A stretch of DNA of 64,000 nt from an uncultured delta proteobacterium (lineage in GTDB: Bacteria > Desulfobacterota > RBG-13-43-22). The number at the start of each line of letters is the position of its first letter. Positions within the stretch are counted from its first letter, which is position 1. Below, in pieces: positions 9,894-20,136 of this stretch. Both the position numbers and the translations under genes were made by a program. The DNA is taken from positions 160,001 to 224,000 of the forward strand of contig CAWBOS010000010.1 in assembly GCA_963790475.1 (NCBI GenBank). Direction: 5' to 3'. Below the pieces are notes generated by a model that saw nothing but the letters and a program-made list of their open reading frames with translations, had not been told where the DNA came from and ran no database searches.

Positions 9894-11903
9894 TTATTTC
9901 ATCGAGTCCAGCAACTTTGAAAGCAGGTCGGTCTTGCTGTATCCGTCTTGAGGCTGAACCTTGCCCTCGTCCGCAAAGCCGGGGGAAAAGGTATCCTTCT
10001 GGGCGAGCAAGGCCTTGACGTTGTCGGCCTCGATAAAACGCGACAGCCGGTTGAAGGTATGAATACCCATATTGCGGCCTTCATGGTGGGCAAGGATGAA
10101 GAGCCGTTCTCTGGCCCGGGTAACCGCCACGTAAAGGAGCCTGTGCTCTTCTTCCATCTCTTCATCGTCATGGGTGGTGTAGCTTGAAGGCAGCACCCCG
10201 TCAATCGCGCCGATAAGAAAAACATTCCGCCACTCCAAACCCTTGGCCGAATGAATAGTAGAGAGGATAAGCGGCCGTTCCCAGATGGTGTCATGGAAAT
10301 CCTTCACGCCTCGTTCCGGCGGTTCGATGGCCAGGTCGACGAGCAAATCCCGCACCGAGCCGTATCTCCCGGATATTTGGGCCACCGCTTCCAGATCGTT
10401 TTTTCGCAAACGCCAATCGAGATCGAATTCTTCTCTCAGGATCGGATCATAATAATCAGTAACAGCCTGGCACAAGACCCCGGGTTCACTTGGGGCCTTT
10501 ACGAGCAGTTGGGCAAGACGGGTCAAGCCTTCGGAGGATTTACCGCCCGCGCTGTATTTTTGCAGGACGTTTTCAACTATGCTGCCCAGGGTCTCATAGG
10601 CCGCGATTTCGTTCAGCAGTCTCTCGACGGTCCTGGGGCCGATGCCGCTGATAAGGAGAAGGACGCGGCTCCAGGCCAGTTCATCCAAAGGGTTGATGAA
10701 GAGCTTCAGATGGGCGATAAGGTCTTTTACGTGAGCGGTCTCATAAAATTTGAGCCCTCCGTGAACGGCGAAGGGGATATTCCTTTTGCTCAATTCGGCC
10801 TGGAGGGGGATGGTGATGTAAGCGGAGCGGAAGAGAATGCACTGATGGCTCAGTTCCATCCCCTGATCGTAGAACTCTTTCACCCGGTCCGCGACCCAAC
10901 CGGCCTCTTCATAGGCGTCTTTGGAGTAGATGAGCGACGGTTTTTCACCATGCTCTTTTTTCACCGCCTTGAGGCACTTCTGATATTTATTCTCCATGTT
11001 GTCCAGCACCGCGTTTCCGACATCGAGAATGGCCTGGGTGCTTCTGTAATTCGTTTCAAGTTTGATGATCCGGCAGCCGGCAAATCGTTGGGGGAAGGAC
11101 ATGATATTCTCGTGGGAACTACCCCGGAAGGAGTATATCGACTGGGCGTCATCGCCGACAACCAAGATATTTTGGTGGGCCTCGGCCAGGTGGTAGGCGA
11201 TATCCCCCTGTAAGGCGTTGGTGTCCTGAAACTCGTCAATCATGACATAACGGTATCTGGCCGCAATTTGGCAGCGGACCCGCTCATCATCGAGGAGGAG
11301 TTTGAAGTAGAGGAGGAGATCATCATAGTCCAGACATTGGGAGGTGATCTTATATTCCGTATATTTATCCCGGAGCGTCTTGATTTCCTCTTCGTACGGA
11401 AGGAAGGGGATGTAGTACTTCTCCAGCACCTGCCGGATGGGCATCCCCTTATTGAGGGCCATGCCGAGGATCTTTCTCAGCATATCTTTTCGGGGGCGTC
11501 GCTTTTTCTTCTCATAAAATCCGAGTCGGACGGCGCAGCGATGGATGGCTTCTTCGGCATCGGCCTCGTCGTAGATGGTAAAATCTTTGGACATACTGAA
11601 ATACTGGCTATAGATGCGCAGCATCTTGTTGGCGAAGGAGTGGAAAGTTCCCCCTTCGACGCCTTCGCACCTGGGGTCGTGGCGGGCGGCCCTCGATATC
11701 ATCTCCCGGGCGCTGCGCCTGGTGAAAGTGAGGAGCAGAATCGAGGTCGGCGAAACTCCGCTCTCGATGAGGTAGCGAACACGGAATTCGATGACCCGTG
11801 TTTTGCCGCTTCCGGCCCCGGCAATAACGAGCAAAGGACCATCGACGGTGGTAACGGCTTCGTACTGCTTTTCGTTGAGCTGTTCTCTGATGTCCTGGGT
11901 CAT
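9894..11903 (-). CDS. UvrD/PcrA-family ATP-dependent helicase
   Basis: AGAGSGKT, DEFQDTN, VGDDAQSIYSFRG, NYRS, STIHSAKGLEW and YVAVTRA motifs; start placed at MTQDI. Confidence 0.93.
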   Translation of the reverse strand: MTQDIREQLNEKQYEAVTTVDGPLLVIAGAGSGKTRVIEFRVRYLIESGVSPTSILLLTFTRRSAREMISRAARHDPRCEGVEGGTFHSFANKMLRIYSQYFSMSKDFTIYDEADAEEAIHRCAVRLGFYEKKKRRPRKDMLRKILGMALNKGMPIRQVLEKYYIPFLPYEEEIKTLRDKYTEYKITSQCLDYDDLLLYFKLLLDDERVRCQIAARYRYVMIDEFQDTNALQGDIAYHLAEAHQNILVVGDDAQSIYSFRGSSHENIMSFPQRFAGCRIIKLETNYRSTQAILDVGNAVLDNMENKYQKCLKAVKKEHGEKPSLIYSKDAYEEAGWVADRVKEFYDQGMELSHQCILFRSAYITIPLQAELSKRNIPFAVHGGLKFYETAHVKDLIAHLKLFINPLDELAWSRVLLLISGIGPRTVERLLNEIAAYETLGSIVENVLQKYSAGGKSSEGLTRLAQLLVKAPSEPGVLCQAVTDYYDPILREEFDLDWRLRKNDLEAVAQISGRYGSVRDLLVDLAIEPPERGVKDFHDTIWERPLILSTIHSAKGLEWRNVFLIGAIDGVLPSSYTTHDDEEMEEEHRLLYVAVTRARERLFILAHHEGRNMGIHTFNRLSRFIEADNVKALLAQKDTFSPGFADEGKVQPQDGYSKTDLLSKLLDSMK

Positions 11904-12225
11904 GTATGGCTGTATTCCTGATAGGCACTGCCTTAAATTCATTTTAAAAAGAAAAACAATTTCCTTTTTTGCCGCAGACAAGGCAAACAAAGACAGACGG
12001 AAGAATAGGCACTGATTGATGACCTGTCAATCAGTACCCGGCCGGCCTTTTCGGCCAATCAGGTTTTCCCCGGCAAAGATCTGCCCTGTAGTGTATTTAT
12101 ACGGGTCCGCTGGGGAAAAGGTCTGAAGTTGTCTGTGTGGGTCATAGTAAGAAAAGATTGAATATTCATTTCTGGTATTGAAAGTATCCCCCTTTTCTAA
12201 TATTTGTCAAGGTTTTCACTTGTCG

Positions 12226-12310
12226 AGAAATATTTTGACAAATTAAGAGGTTATAGTAATCTTATTATATCCATTTAGCCTTTCGAGATTCAAGATATTC
12301 TTTAGACAGG
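12226..12310 (+). repeat. promoter-bearing dispersed repeat, copy 1
   Basis: AGAAATATTTTGACAAATTAA...TTTAGACAGG; homologous to 13185, 33206, 37824 and 39693. Confidence 0.75.
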
Positions 12311-12311
12311 T

Positions 12312-13031
12312 ATGAATGACCGATTCATAGACAAATTCGACGTAATCCTGCTGGACATGGGCAACACCTTTATGTTCGACGTGGACCGGTTCGGGGAAGA
12401 TGAGGACTATCATTCGACCTACCGGGATCTGGGGGGCAGAATTCTGACTCCGGAGGAGGTGCGCGCCCCAATTACCGAGGTCCTTGACCGAATGCTGATC
12501 GCGGCACGGGACCCGGCTCGCGTTGACGATTTCGGAGATGTTCGCCGATTCCTACTGGAATCCGGGGCAGCCTCTAAACTTCCGCCTCAGGAATTAGACC
12601 TCATTGTGGCTGTGTTTTCCAGACACGAACTCGGTTCTATCCCCAAAGGTCATGCCGATGTCCTTCACCGACTCAGGAGTTCGCATTCCCTGGGCCTGGT
12701 GTCCAATGTCTGGTCGCCGAGTCCTGTTTTCGAATCCGCGCTGGAAAGTGCCGGTGTCCGCGACCTGTTCGCGGTCCGGGTCTGGTCCTCGGATCATCTC
12801 TCGATCAAGCCTTCGGCGCGGTTGTTTCGCATAGCTCTGGACGCCTTCGCCGTCGACCCGGCCCGTGTCGTCTACGTGGGAGACAACCCCAAGAGAGACA
12901 TAGCCGGAGCGAAAGTCATGGGAATGGCTGCGGTGTGGATTGAAAATAAGACGAGGCCCCTCACTCCGGAGATCCCCGAGCCGGATTACATTGTCTCTGA
13001 TTTGACCCAGTTGGTAGAGACCGGCTTTTGA
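12312..13031 (+). CDS. HAD-superfamily hydrolase
   Basis: DMGNT motif I, VSN, KP and YVGDNPKRDI motifs. Confidence 0.9.
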   Translation: MNDRFIDKFDVILLDMGNTFMFDVDRFGEDEDYHSTYRDLGGRILTPEEVRAPITEVLDRMLIAARDPARVDDFGDVRRFLLESGAASKLPPQELDLIVAVFSRHELGSIPKGHADVLHRLRSSHSLGLVSNVWSPSPVFESALESAGVRDLFAVRVWSSDHLSIKPSARLFRIALDAFAVDPARVVYVGDNPKRDIAGAKVMGMAAVWIENKTRPLTPEIPEPDYIVSDLTQLVETGF

Positions 13032-13325
13032 GAAAAGGGAGTCCTGGCCCATCGAGTATGATTAATATAGTTGGCGCCGTTGTCATTGTTTTGGGTATCG
13101 CCTTGATGTCAAATTGAATTTTCGGGGCCTATCGTCTTGACATTGGCGATTAGCGACCTTATGTTTTTCTATGGAAAAATTATAGATAACTAACTGGTTA
13201 TATAAAAGTTATCTGTTTCCTTAGCTTTTTTAAATTTAAGAAATTCTTTTCATAAGTCTAACTTGGCACAACTTATCAAGTTTAATTTAATCTGACGAAC
13301 GTGTAAAAATCACTCAAGGGAGGAA

Positions 13326-13499
13326 ATGATGAAACTAACCAGTCGGTTTATTCTTTTTCTTTGTCTCTTGGCCGTCTTGCTTGTGGGGGGATGCGTAATC
13401 GGACCCCCATATCATCAGGTACCACCAGATCACACCATCCCCGGGCCGGGAGGGACGAATGACCATGGTGACAGGAATGTCGTTTTGAAAACGCCATAA
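13326..13499 (+). CDS. small lipoprotein (57 aa)
   Basis: AGGGAGG RBS; MMKLTSRFILFLCLLAVLLVGG-C lipobox followed by a Pro-rich tail. Confidence 0.55.
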   Translation: MMKLTSRFILFLCLLAVLLVGGCVIGPPYHQVPPDHTIPGPGGTNDHGDRNVVLKTP

Positions 13500-13552
13500 T
13501 TCGGTTTCCGTTGTACTTTTTTTCGTGGAAAACGGAGATGCCTGACCGAAAT

Positions 13553-13659
13553 GGGGTCGGGCCTCTAAGTCGGGCCTAAAAAGAAGATTTAGGCTAAGAA
13601 TAAACCTATTGCCGGGACGTTAAAGAGGAATAATCACGGACTCGTCGTGGCCCGACCCC
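13553..13659. mobile_element. 107-bp mini-element with GGGGTCGGGCC terminal inverted repeats
   Basis: Perfect 11-bp inverted termini GGGGTCGGGCC/GGCCCGACCCC. Confidence 0.6.
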
Positions 13660-13667
13660 AGGCATCG

Positions 13668-14190
13668 ATGACTTATATCATTCTGTTGCGAGGCGTCGCG
13701 CCTACCGGTAAGAACAAAGTCGCCAGGGGGCCATTGCGCACTGCGCTGGAGAAAGCCGGACTCAAGAATGTACGAACCTGCATTCAAAGTGGAAACGTTG
13801 TTGCTACATCCATCTTAGGCCGGTCCGAGCTGTAAAAGCTGGTGCATGACTTAATCAAAGAGTGTTTTAGCGCCGATATCACGATTATCGGTAGAACGGT
13901 GCCTCAGTTTGGTAACATTCTCCTTCGTAACCCCTTTAGAAATGCCGATCCCGCGAAACTCTATTTCACGCTTCTGGCCGCCAAACCTGAAAATCGCCTG
14001 ATCAGCGAGTTCCTTGCTCCAGGATATTCACCGGACCAGGTGGAGATAATCGGGGACTGGTGTGCGTGCTCTGCGCCACCAGATAAAGCGACCTGAAGGC
14101 CAACAACAATTTCATCGAACGAAAGCTCAAAGTGGCGGCGACGCCCCGTGTCTACAATACCATCACCAAGCTTATTGAATTGGTGGGGAA
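13668..14190 (+). pseudogene. DUF1697-family pseudogene
   Basis: MTYIILLRG..PTGKNKV and VRTCIQSGNVV; in-frame TAA at 13833 and a later frameshift (NNNFIERKLKVAAT continues in another frame). Confidence 0.75.
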
Positions 14191-14329
14191 TAATAATCCC
14201 GCGCTGCTCGAAGGTGCCGTTTATCCGGACTGAGCGAACAGGGGCGGTTTTCATCCTTGACCCCTGATCCCTTCTCATCTTATAATCCGTCCCAACCAAG
14301 CCTATCTTTTTTATTCAAGGAGAACCGAT

Positions 14330-15304
14330 ATGAAAAAAATCAATACTGTACTAGGTTCCATTTCAGCGGAAGATTTGGGGTTGACGCTCATCCATGAGCA
14401 TATTGTGGCCGGCTTTCCCGGCTGGGAGTGTGACCCTTTGTCCAGACCGTACAATAGGGAGAAGATGGTCCAGTTAGCCCTGCGTTCCCTGGAACCGGTG
14501 AAGGCCTACGGCCTGAAGGCGATGGTCGATGCCACACCGGCGGACTTATACCGGGATGTGGAGATCATGAAAGCTGTCTCCGAACAATTACAAATTCACA
14601 TCGTCTGCTCCACCGGCCGGTATACCGAAGATATGGGCCAATGGACTTACCTGAAACAGCGGAGTCGAAGCGGGGTCGGTAATATGCGTGATGAGTTGTA
14701 TGACGGGATGATGCAGGAAATAACACAGGGCGTCGGAAAGTCAGGGGTGAAGCCCGGGGTGATCAAGGTGGCCACAGGCCTGAATAAAATCTCGACGATA
14801 GAAGAGGCCGTCTTGCGGGCAGCGGCCCGGGCCGCCAAGGAAACCGGACTTCCGATAATCACCCATACCGAAGCCGGGACCATGGGGCCCGAGCAGGCGG
14901 CCCTGCTGATCAGTGAAGGCGTGGATCCGGAGCGCATCATGATCGGCCACATGTGCGGGAACCCTTCCTTGCAATATCAGATGAGTGTATTGGACCAGGG
15001 CGTCAATATCGCCTTTGACCGGTTCGGGATAGAAATGTTTTTACCGGATAAAGTCAGGACCGCCGTGCTGGTCGGCCTTCTGGGGACCGGGTATGGGAAA
15101 CGCATCATGCTCTCCCATGATTTTATCGGCTGCTCATCCGGACGGGGAGGTAAAATGCCTGATGCGGGACGCCGAAATGTAGCCAACTGGTCTTTTAGCC
15201 ATATTTTCCGTGACATCATCCCGGCCCTTAAACAGGCCGGGGTCAGCGATGAGCAAATAAGAACGATGATGGTCGACAATCCCAAGCGCCTGTTGAGTCA
15301 GTAG
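14330..15304 (+). CDS. phosphotriesterase-related (PTE/PHP-family) metallohydrolase
   Basis: TLIHEH, GVIKVA, IITHT, IGH, FDRFG, LSHD and DNP motifs. Confidence 0.9.
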   Translation: MKKINTVLGSISAEDLGLTLIHEHIVAGFPGWECDPLSRPYNREKMVQLALRSLEPVKAYGLKAMVDATPADLYRDVEIMKAVSEQLQIHIVCSTGRYTEDMGQWTYLKQRSRSGVGNMRDELYDGMMQEITQGVGKSGVKPGVIKVATGLNKISTIEEAVLRAAARAAKETGLPIITHTEAGTMGPEQAALLISEGVDPERIMIGHMCGNPSLQYQMSVLDQGVNIAFDRFGIEMFLPDKVRTAVLVGLLGTGYGKRIMLSHDFIGCSSGRGGKMPDAGRRNVANWSFSHIFRDIIPALKQAGVSDEQIRTMMVDNPKRLLSQ

Positions 15305-15397
15305 GATCAAAAGGCCGGCACCTTCATTGCCAAAAGCCGGAAGTATGGGTGGCGGTTGTGGACCATAACCTGTGAGCGGAGTCCGAAAGATGAGCCA

Positions 15398-16768
15398 ATG
15401 ATCAAACAATCGGTGTTGTTGATTCTTGTTTTGCTGTTTGCGGCCTTTCCTGCGGGGGCGGAGACGGAACCCACGGAGGGAGGGATAATTCGAAAAATCG
15501 AGATCAAGGGAAACCGGGTGCGGGAAAGCGTGATACGGAAGGAGCTGACCTTCACCGAGGGGGACCGAATCAGCGAGGCGGCGATCGAGAAATCGAAGGA
15601 GAACCTGTATAAGCTGGGGTTGTTCAAAACCCTGGAGATCGCGCAGGTATGGGACGAGACGCTGGACGGCGTGGTAGTAACGATCAATGCCAATGACGGC
15701 TGGCATGTGCTCCCCTGGCCGATGGTCGGCAGTCGCGGAGGCAATACCTTCGCCGCCCTGATGGTGACGGAGAAGAACCTGTTGAAATGGGGGGAGGGGA
15801 TCACCCTCTGGGGTATGTCCGACCAGGAAAGCTGGTCGGCCATCGGAAGTGTCTACCTGCCGAATCTTTATATGATCGGCGGAATAATGCAGACGGATCG
15901 AACCGAGTACCTCTATGTGGACGGCGCCTACAATACCAAGGATTTCGACAGTCAATGGGGGAATGAAAAACCTGAGGATTTCGGGGCGATTGCTGATAAG
16001 TACCGGAAAAAAATCAAATCGTCTTTCATAGGAGGTGGTATTCCCCCCTTGAGGGACTGGAAGATGTACGCGGGCTTGGTATCGACCAAGGCGGACTACG
16101 GTTCTCGACTCCAGTCAAAGCCGGGTGACTCGGGGCAACTGAATTCGGTGATATTCTCGGTTGGTTACGGAAGAGCGGTCCGGACCTTGGGCGGCTACGA
16201 TAGCGGGGCCGGCGGGTTCGGACGGATTTTTGGAATGGGGATGGCGGGGGTGGAAGAGAGTTTGAAACCGCTTCCCAACCTGGAAACAACCTGGGGAGTT
16301 TTAATGACGGTTGAACGCGGAGATGAACTGTTAGGATCGGATGTTAATTTTACGAAAGTCACGGGCCTATTAAAACACACCACGCTTTTCCGTAACCGCA
16401 GCTATTTCGAAGCTTCGATGAGCGGTGGAGTTGGATATGATCTCCCGGAGAGCCGGCGGTTTGTGACCAACCGGTTGAACGGGTTGAAAGGGTTCTATGC
16501 GCGCGAATATCGGGGAGAGTCGATTGCGGTTGCCACTGCCGAATATTCGCATCCGCTTTTCCAAAACCGGGTGGGGGGGCTGATCGGAAGGAGTTATCTG
16601 GACCTGGCCGTTTGCCGGCAGGACGATAAACAATTTGAACGGCAAGGAGTGGGCCTGGAGGTGTCCTACAAGTTTTGGCGCTTCCCTTTGCCGCTGGGGC
16701 TGGGAATCACTTACAGCTTCGATGACCGGAACTTGCAGTACACGCTGGCCATGGGAGGAATGTTCTGA
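15398..16768 (+). CDS. POTRA-domain outer-membrane protein (Omp85-like)
   Basis: Signal peptide, IEIKGN.VRESVIRKEL POTRA pattern, C-terminal Phe. Confidence 0.75.
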   Translation: MIKQSVLLILVLLFAAFPAGAETEPTEGGIIRKIEIKGNRVRESVIRKELTFTEGDRISEAAIEKSKENLYKLGLFKTLEIAQVWDETLDGVVVTINANDGWHVLPWPMVGSRGGNTFAALMVTEKNLLKWGEGITLWGMSDQESWSAIGSVYLPNLYMIGGIMQTDRTEYLYVDGAYNTKDFDSQWGNEKPEDFGAIADKYRKKIKSSFIGGGIPPLRDWKMYAGLVSTKADYGSRLQSKPGDSGQLNSVIFSVGYGRAVRTLGGYDSGAGGFGRIFGMGMAGVEESLKPLPNLETTWGVLMTVERGDELLGSDVNFTKVTGLLKHTTLFRNRSYFEASMSGGVGYDLPESRRFVTNRLNGLKGFYAREYRGESIAVATAEYSHPLFQNRVGGLIGRSYLDLAVCRQDDKQFERQGVGLEVSYKFWRFPLPLGLGITYSFDDRNLQYTLAMGGMF

Positions 16769-16849
16769 GACCGCTAACAGCGGCCATAGGTAAGAAAATT
16801 CTGAGGGCGAGGAACCCATCTTCACTACAGTTTCTTCGATTGAGGTCTT

Positions 16850-17464
16850 ATGATACAGAAAGGAGTCGATTTAAGATCCGATAAATCGGCCACTCCAAGG
16901 AAGTTTAACCGGAATGAAGAAAGTCCGGAATGGGTCAAAAATCTTCCCCGCTACGACAATCCCAATCTGTGGCTGGCGATTGAACAACTGGTCGGGACGT
17001 TATTACCCCACTTTTTACTGCTCTCGCTGATGTTCGTGTCCATCAGGCCGGGCGTCTCCTACCGGGCCACCTTCTTGCTGGCGTTAATGGCCGTTCCTTT
17101 CTATATGCGGATTTTTATCTTTTTCCACGATTGCGGCCATGGTTCCTTTTTCATGAACAGGAAGGCCAATACCATCCTGGCCTATGTTTGCGGCATACTC
17201 ACCTTCATGAGGGGCGCTTCTTTTTACAAGCTCCCTCCCATCCTTCAATGGGCCACCGGAAACATCGGATTCCATTACGCCCATCACGTGAGTCCCCGTA
17301 TCCCCAACTACAACCTCCCCAAGTGCTTCACAGAGACAAGGGAATTGCACATAAGGGGGGTTACCCTCCGTAGAAGCCTGGATGCCCTTTTCCTGAGTCT
17401 CTGGGATGAAGACAAGAAAAATCCGGTAGGTTTTAGGGATATCAAAGAGCTGAAGAGGAAGTAG
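16850..17464 (+). pseudogene. fatty acid desaturase with large in-frame internal deletion
   Basis: His box 1 (HDCGH) joined almost directly to SFYKLP..LQWATGNIGFHYAHH (box 3); box 2 is missing. Confidence 0.75.
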
Positions 17465-17599
17465 AGTAGGGCAGATGCGGAATAAACTACGTCAAATGAA
17501 AAGATAAAGGATTTGCCCAAACCAGGCAAAAATAGAAGTTGTTGTTTTGAAGCGCCTGACATATAAAACTAAGATGAATGCCGGAACCTGCTTTGGGAT

Positions 17600-17926
17600 A
17601 TGAAACCTTGGGAAAGAACAAACTGACCGATCGAAAGAAAAGAGCAATGGCGACCGCCCGGAAAATCAATAGGACGGCTCTAAGACTTTAAAATAGTGAA
17701 GTCCTTGGTTGAAGAGGCCCAGGCCGGGGGCTAATGCGCAAGGATTTCAGTAGTGAGGAGATCGCGCGGATGATCTTCGCTGTGTCAGCGGCATAACCCA
17801 TGACTGGTGTCTGGTCAACGGCGGATTCGACCTTGTCTCCGAAGGAGAAAAGGTCTTCGGCGTTCTGCTGAGGGGATTGGGTCCCGAATCTCCCTCGAAA
17901 CCCATTAAAGGCCCCTCATCATCATA
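17600..17926 (+). pseudogene. collapsed paralog of the tetR at 24805
   Basis: 5' part matches ~24805-24892 and 3' part matches ~25218-25458; junction near 17688. Confidence 0.9.
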
Positions 17927-17975
17927 ACAGCCCGCCAATTTTTTTGCCGGATTAATTTTAATTGAATCGCGACTC

Positions 17976-18265
17976 TTATCATTACCCCCCCCCTTTTAAT
18001 ATTAATACAAATTGCTCAAATCGACCCAAAAAAAATCTTGACAGGCCCTCTTCACTAATATATAAAACGATCAAATAATGACCTAAGTCAATGACTATAG
18101 TCATTAATGAATGGAATTTGAACTGCTGGCGCCTCCTGCAGGTAAGAAATACCTTAATAAATTCAAGAAAGAGTCAAGGGAAGGCCCCTATAATCAGGGA
18201 ACGGGGAAATGAACGACACACAACCGGCTTCAAGGGAGTACTCGATATCCAAGGGACAGCGGACC
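17976..18265 (+). repeat. ~290-bp direct repeat, copy A (promoter, operators, MFS 5' end)
   Basis: Near-identical to 19851-20136. Confidence 0.95.
18038..18106 (+). promoter_or_regulatory. sigma70 promoter with tandem TGAC-N4-GTCA operators
   Basis: TTGACA-17-TATAAA; TGACCTAAGTCA and TGACTATAGTCA downstream. Confidence 0.75.
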
Positions 18266-18289
18266 CCTGGCATAGCCTGGAGGAAGAAA

Positions 18290-19417
18290 ATGTTCTCAAA
18301 ACTCGACCAGGAAGATGCGAGTGTTTTATCACGGCTCATACAGCATCTTGAGGATGCGGCGACGACATTCGTGGGATATCCATGCAACGGACGATTCGAC
18401 TACTCCGAACTGTTCCCATTTCTCTCCCACACTGTCAACAATCTCGGGGATCCTTTCGTCCCAAGCAATTACCGGATTAACACGAGAGAGATTGAATGTG
18501 AGGTGGTGAGGTTCTTCGCCGAGCTGTTCCACGCCCCCCTTCAAGACTACTGGGGCTATGTTACCAATGGGGGCACCGAAGGGAACATGTATGGCCTCTT
18601 CCTCGCTCGTGAAACCCTGCCCCAAGGTATGGTTTATTACTCGGAAGACACCCACTACAGCGTCGCAAAGATCCTCCGCGTGCTGAATGCGCGCAGTATT
18701 ATGCTCCGCTCGACAAACAATGGCGAGATGGACTATGACGATTTACGCGAGACTCTCCGAATATATAGGGACATCCCCCCAATTATTTTCGCCAACATAG
18801 GTACGACCATGAAAGGTGCGGTGGATGACCTTGGACAGATAAACGAGATCCTTAAATCTCTGGCGATACCACGGTATTACATCCATTGCGACGCCGCTCT
18901 CAGTGGCATGATTCTCCCTTTTGCCGAGAATTCGCGCCCATTCGATTTCAATTGTGAGGTCGACAGCATTTCCGTCAGCGGACACAAGTTGATCGGCTCA
19001 CCCATCCCCTGCGGCATTGTGGTCGCCAGAAAACGACATGTCGACCGGATCGCACGATCCATCGAATACGTCGGCGCGCTCGACACCACGATCAGCGGCT
19101 CACGGAATGGCATCACACCACTTTTCCTCTGGTACGCCATAAAAACCAATGGACATCAAGGCCTTAAGAACATCGTCAACGGTTGTCTTGACCTGGCGGC
19201 GTACTCTGTCGAACGCTTTTTAAGTGCCAATGTGGCGGCGTGGCGCAACGATCACTCGATCACCGTCGTCTTTCCGAAGCCTTCCGACATGGTTCTGCGG
19301 AAATGGCAAATAGCCGTGAACGGCCCTGCGGCACATATCGTCACCGTGCCTCATGTTACCAAGGAACAGGTTAACCAACTGACGCAAGATATTCTTGACA
19401 ATCCGAAGCCCTATTAG
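18290..19417 (+). CDS. hdc: PLP-dependent histidine decarboxylase family enzyme
   Basis: GYP.N, NNLGDP, WGYVTNGGTEGN, HCDAALSG, SGHK and GSRNG motifs; GGAGG RBS before 18290 (in-frame upstream ATG 18209 derives from the repeat). Confidence 0.85.
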   Translation: MFSKLDQEDASVLSRLIQHLEDAATTFVGYPCNGRFDYSELFPFLSHTVNNLGDPFVPSNYRINTREIECEVVRFFAELFHAPLQDYWGYVTNGGTEGNMYGLFLARETLPQGMVYYSEDTHYSVAKILRVLNARSIMLRSTNNGEMDYDDLRETLRIYRDIPPIIFANIGTTMKGAVDDLGQINEILKSLAIPRYYIHCDAALSGMILPFAENSRPFDFNCEVDSISVSGHKLIGSPIPCGIVVARKRHVDRIARSIEYVGALDTTISGSRNGITPLFLWYAIKTNGHQGLKNIVNGCLDLAAYSVERFLSANVAAWRNDHSITVVFPKPSDMVLRKWQIAVNGPAAHIVTVPHVTKEQVNQLTQDILDNPKPY

Positions 19418-19454
19418 CCCACCCCATAGCGAAGCACAAAAGCAGGAGAGTAAG

Positions 19455-19949
19455 ATGAAACAAATCAGGATATTGATGGATGACCGTTCTGGTCTCGTTG
19501 CGGACATCGCCAACACATTGGGATGCAAAGGAATCAATATCGAGACATTGGATGCCGAGTCGGAATGCGATCACGGGATTGTCGTGTTGACCGTCGATAG
19601 ATATGACGAAGCGGTGAGAGCATTGAGGGAAGCATCGTTCACCACCATCACCGAAGACGCCATTCTAATCAAGATAAAGGATGAGCCAGGAGCTCTCGCA
19701 ATAGTCGCCATGCGCTTCAAGGAAGCTAACATCAACCTCAAAAGCCTGCGCATCGTGAAGCGGGAAGCGGGTTACTCGCTTGCGGCCATTTGCGTGGAAG
19801 AGACTTCTGAGGCGTCTGAATTGCTGAAGGGGATGGCGGATACCGTTTATTTATCATTACCCCCTTTTAATATTAATACAAATTGCTCAAATCGACTCCA
19901 AAAAAATCTTGACAGGCCCTCTTCTCTAATATATAAAGCGATCAAATAA
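19455..19949 (+). CDS. tandem ACT-domain protein
   Basis: DDRSGLVADIA and DEPGALA repeats; C-terminus runs into the direct repeat. Confidence 0.8.
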   Translation: MKQIRILMDDRSGLVADIANTLGCKGINIETLDAESECDHGIVVLTVDRYDEAVRALREASFTTITEDAILIKIKDEPGALAIVAMRFKEANINLKSLRIVKREAGYSLAAICVEETSEASELLKGMADTVYLSLPPFNINTNCSNRLQKNLDRPSSLIYKAIK

Positions 19950-20136
19950 TGACTTAAGTCAATGACTATAGTCATTAATGAATGGAATTTGAACTGCTGG
20001 CGACTGCTGCGTGTAAGAAATACCTTAATAAATTCAAGAAAGAGTCAAGGGAAGACCCCCATAATCAGGGAACGTGGAAATGAGCGACACACAACCGGCT
20101 TCAAGGGAGTACTCGATATCCAAGGGACAGCGGACC
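19851..20136 (+). repeat. ~290-bp direct repeat, copy B
   Basis: Same promoter and operators (TGACTTAAGTCA, TGACTATAGTCA at 19950-19974). Confidence 0.95.

Noticed and set aside
10251-11921. Long + strand ORFs (320 and 217 aa) opposite the helicase
   Set aside because: Antisense shadows of a well-supported gene; no motifs or RBS. The same applies to most overlapping ORFs in the track.
12011-12035. ACTGATTGA-N7-TCAATCAGT palindrome upstream of the helicase
   Set aside because: Single occurrence; could be an operator but nothing ties it to a regulator.
18091-18351. Duplicated ORF MTIVINEWNL (also 19962-20183)
   Set aside because: The ATG lies inside the operator palindrome with no RBS; duplication is explained by the direct repeat.
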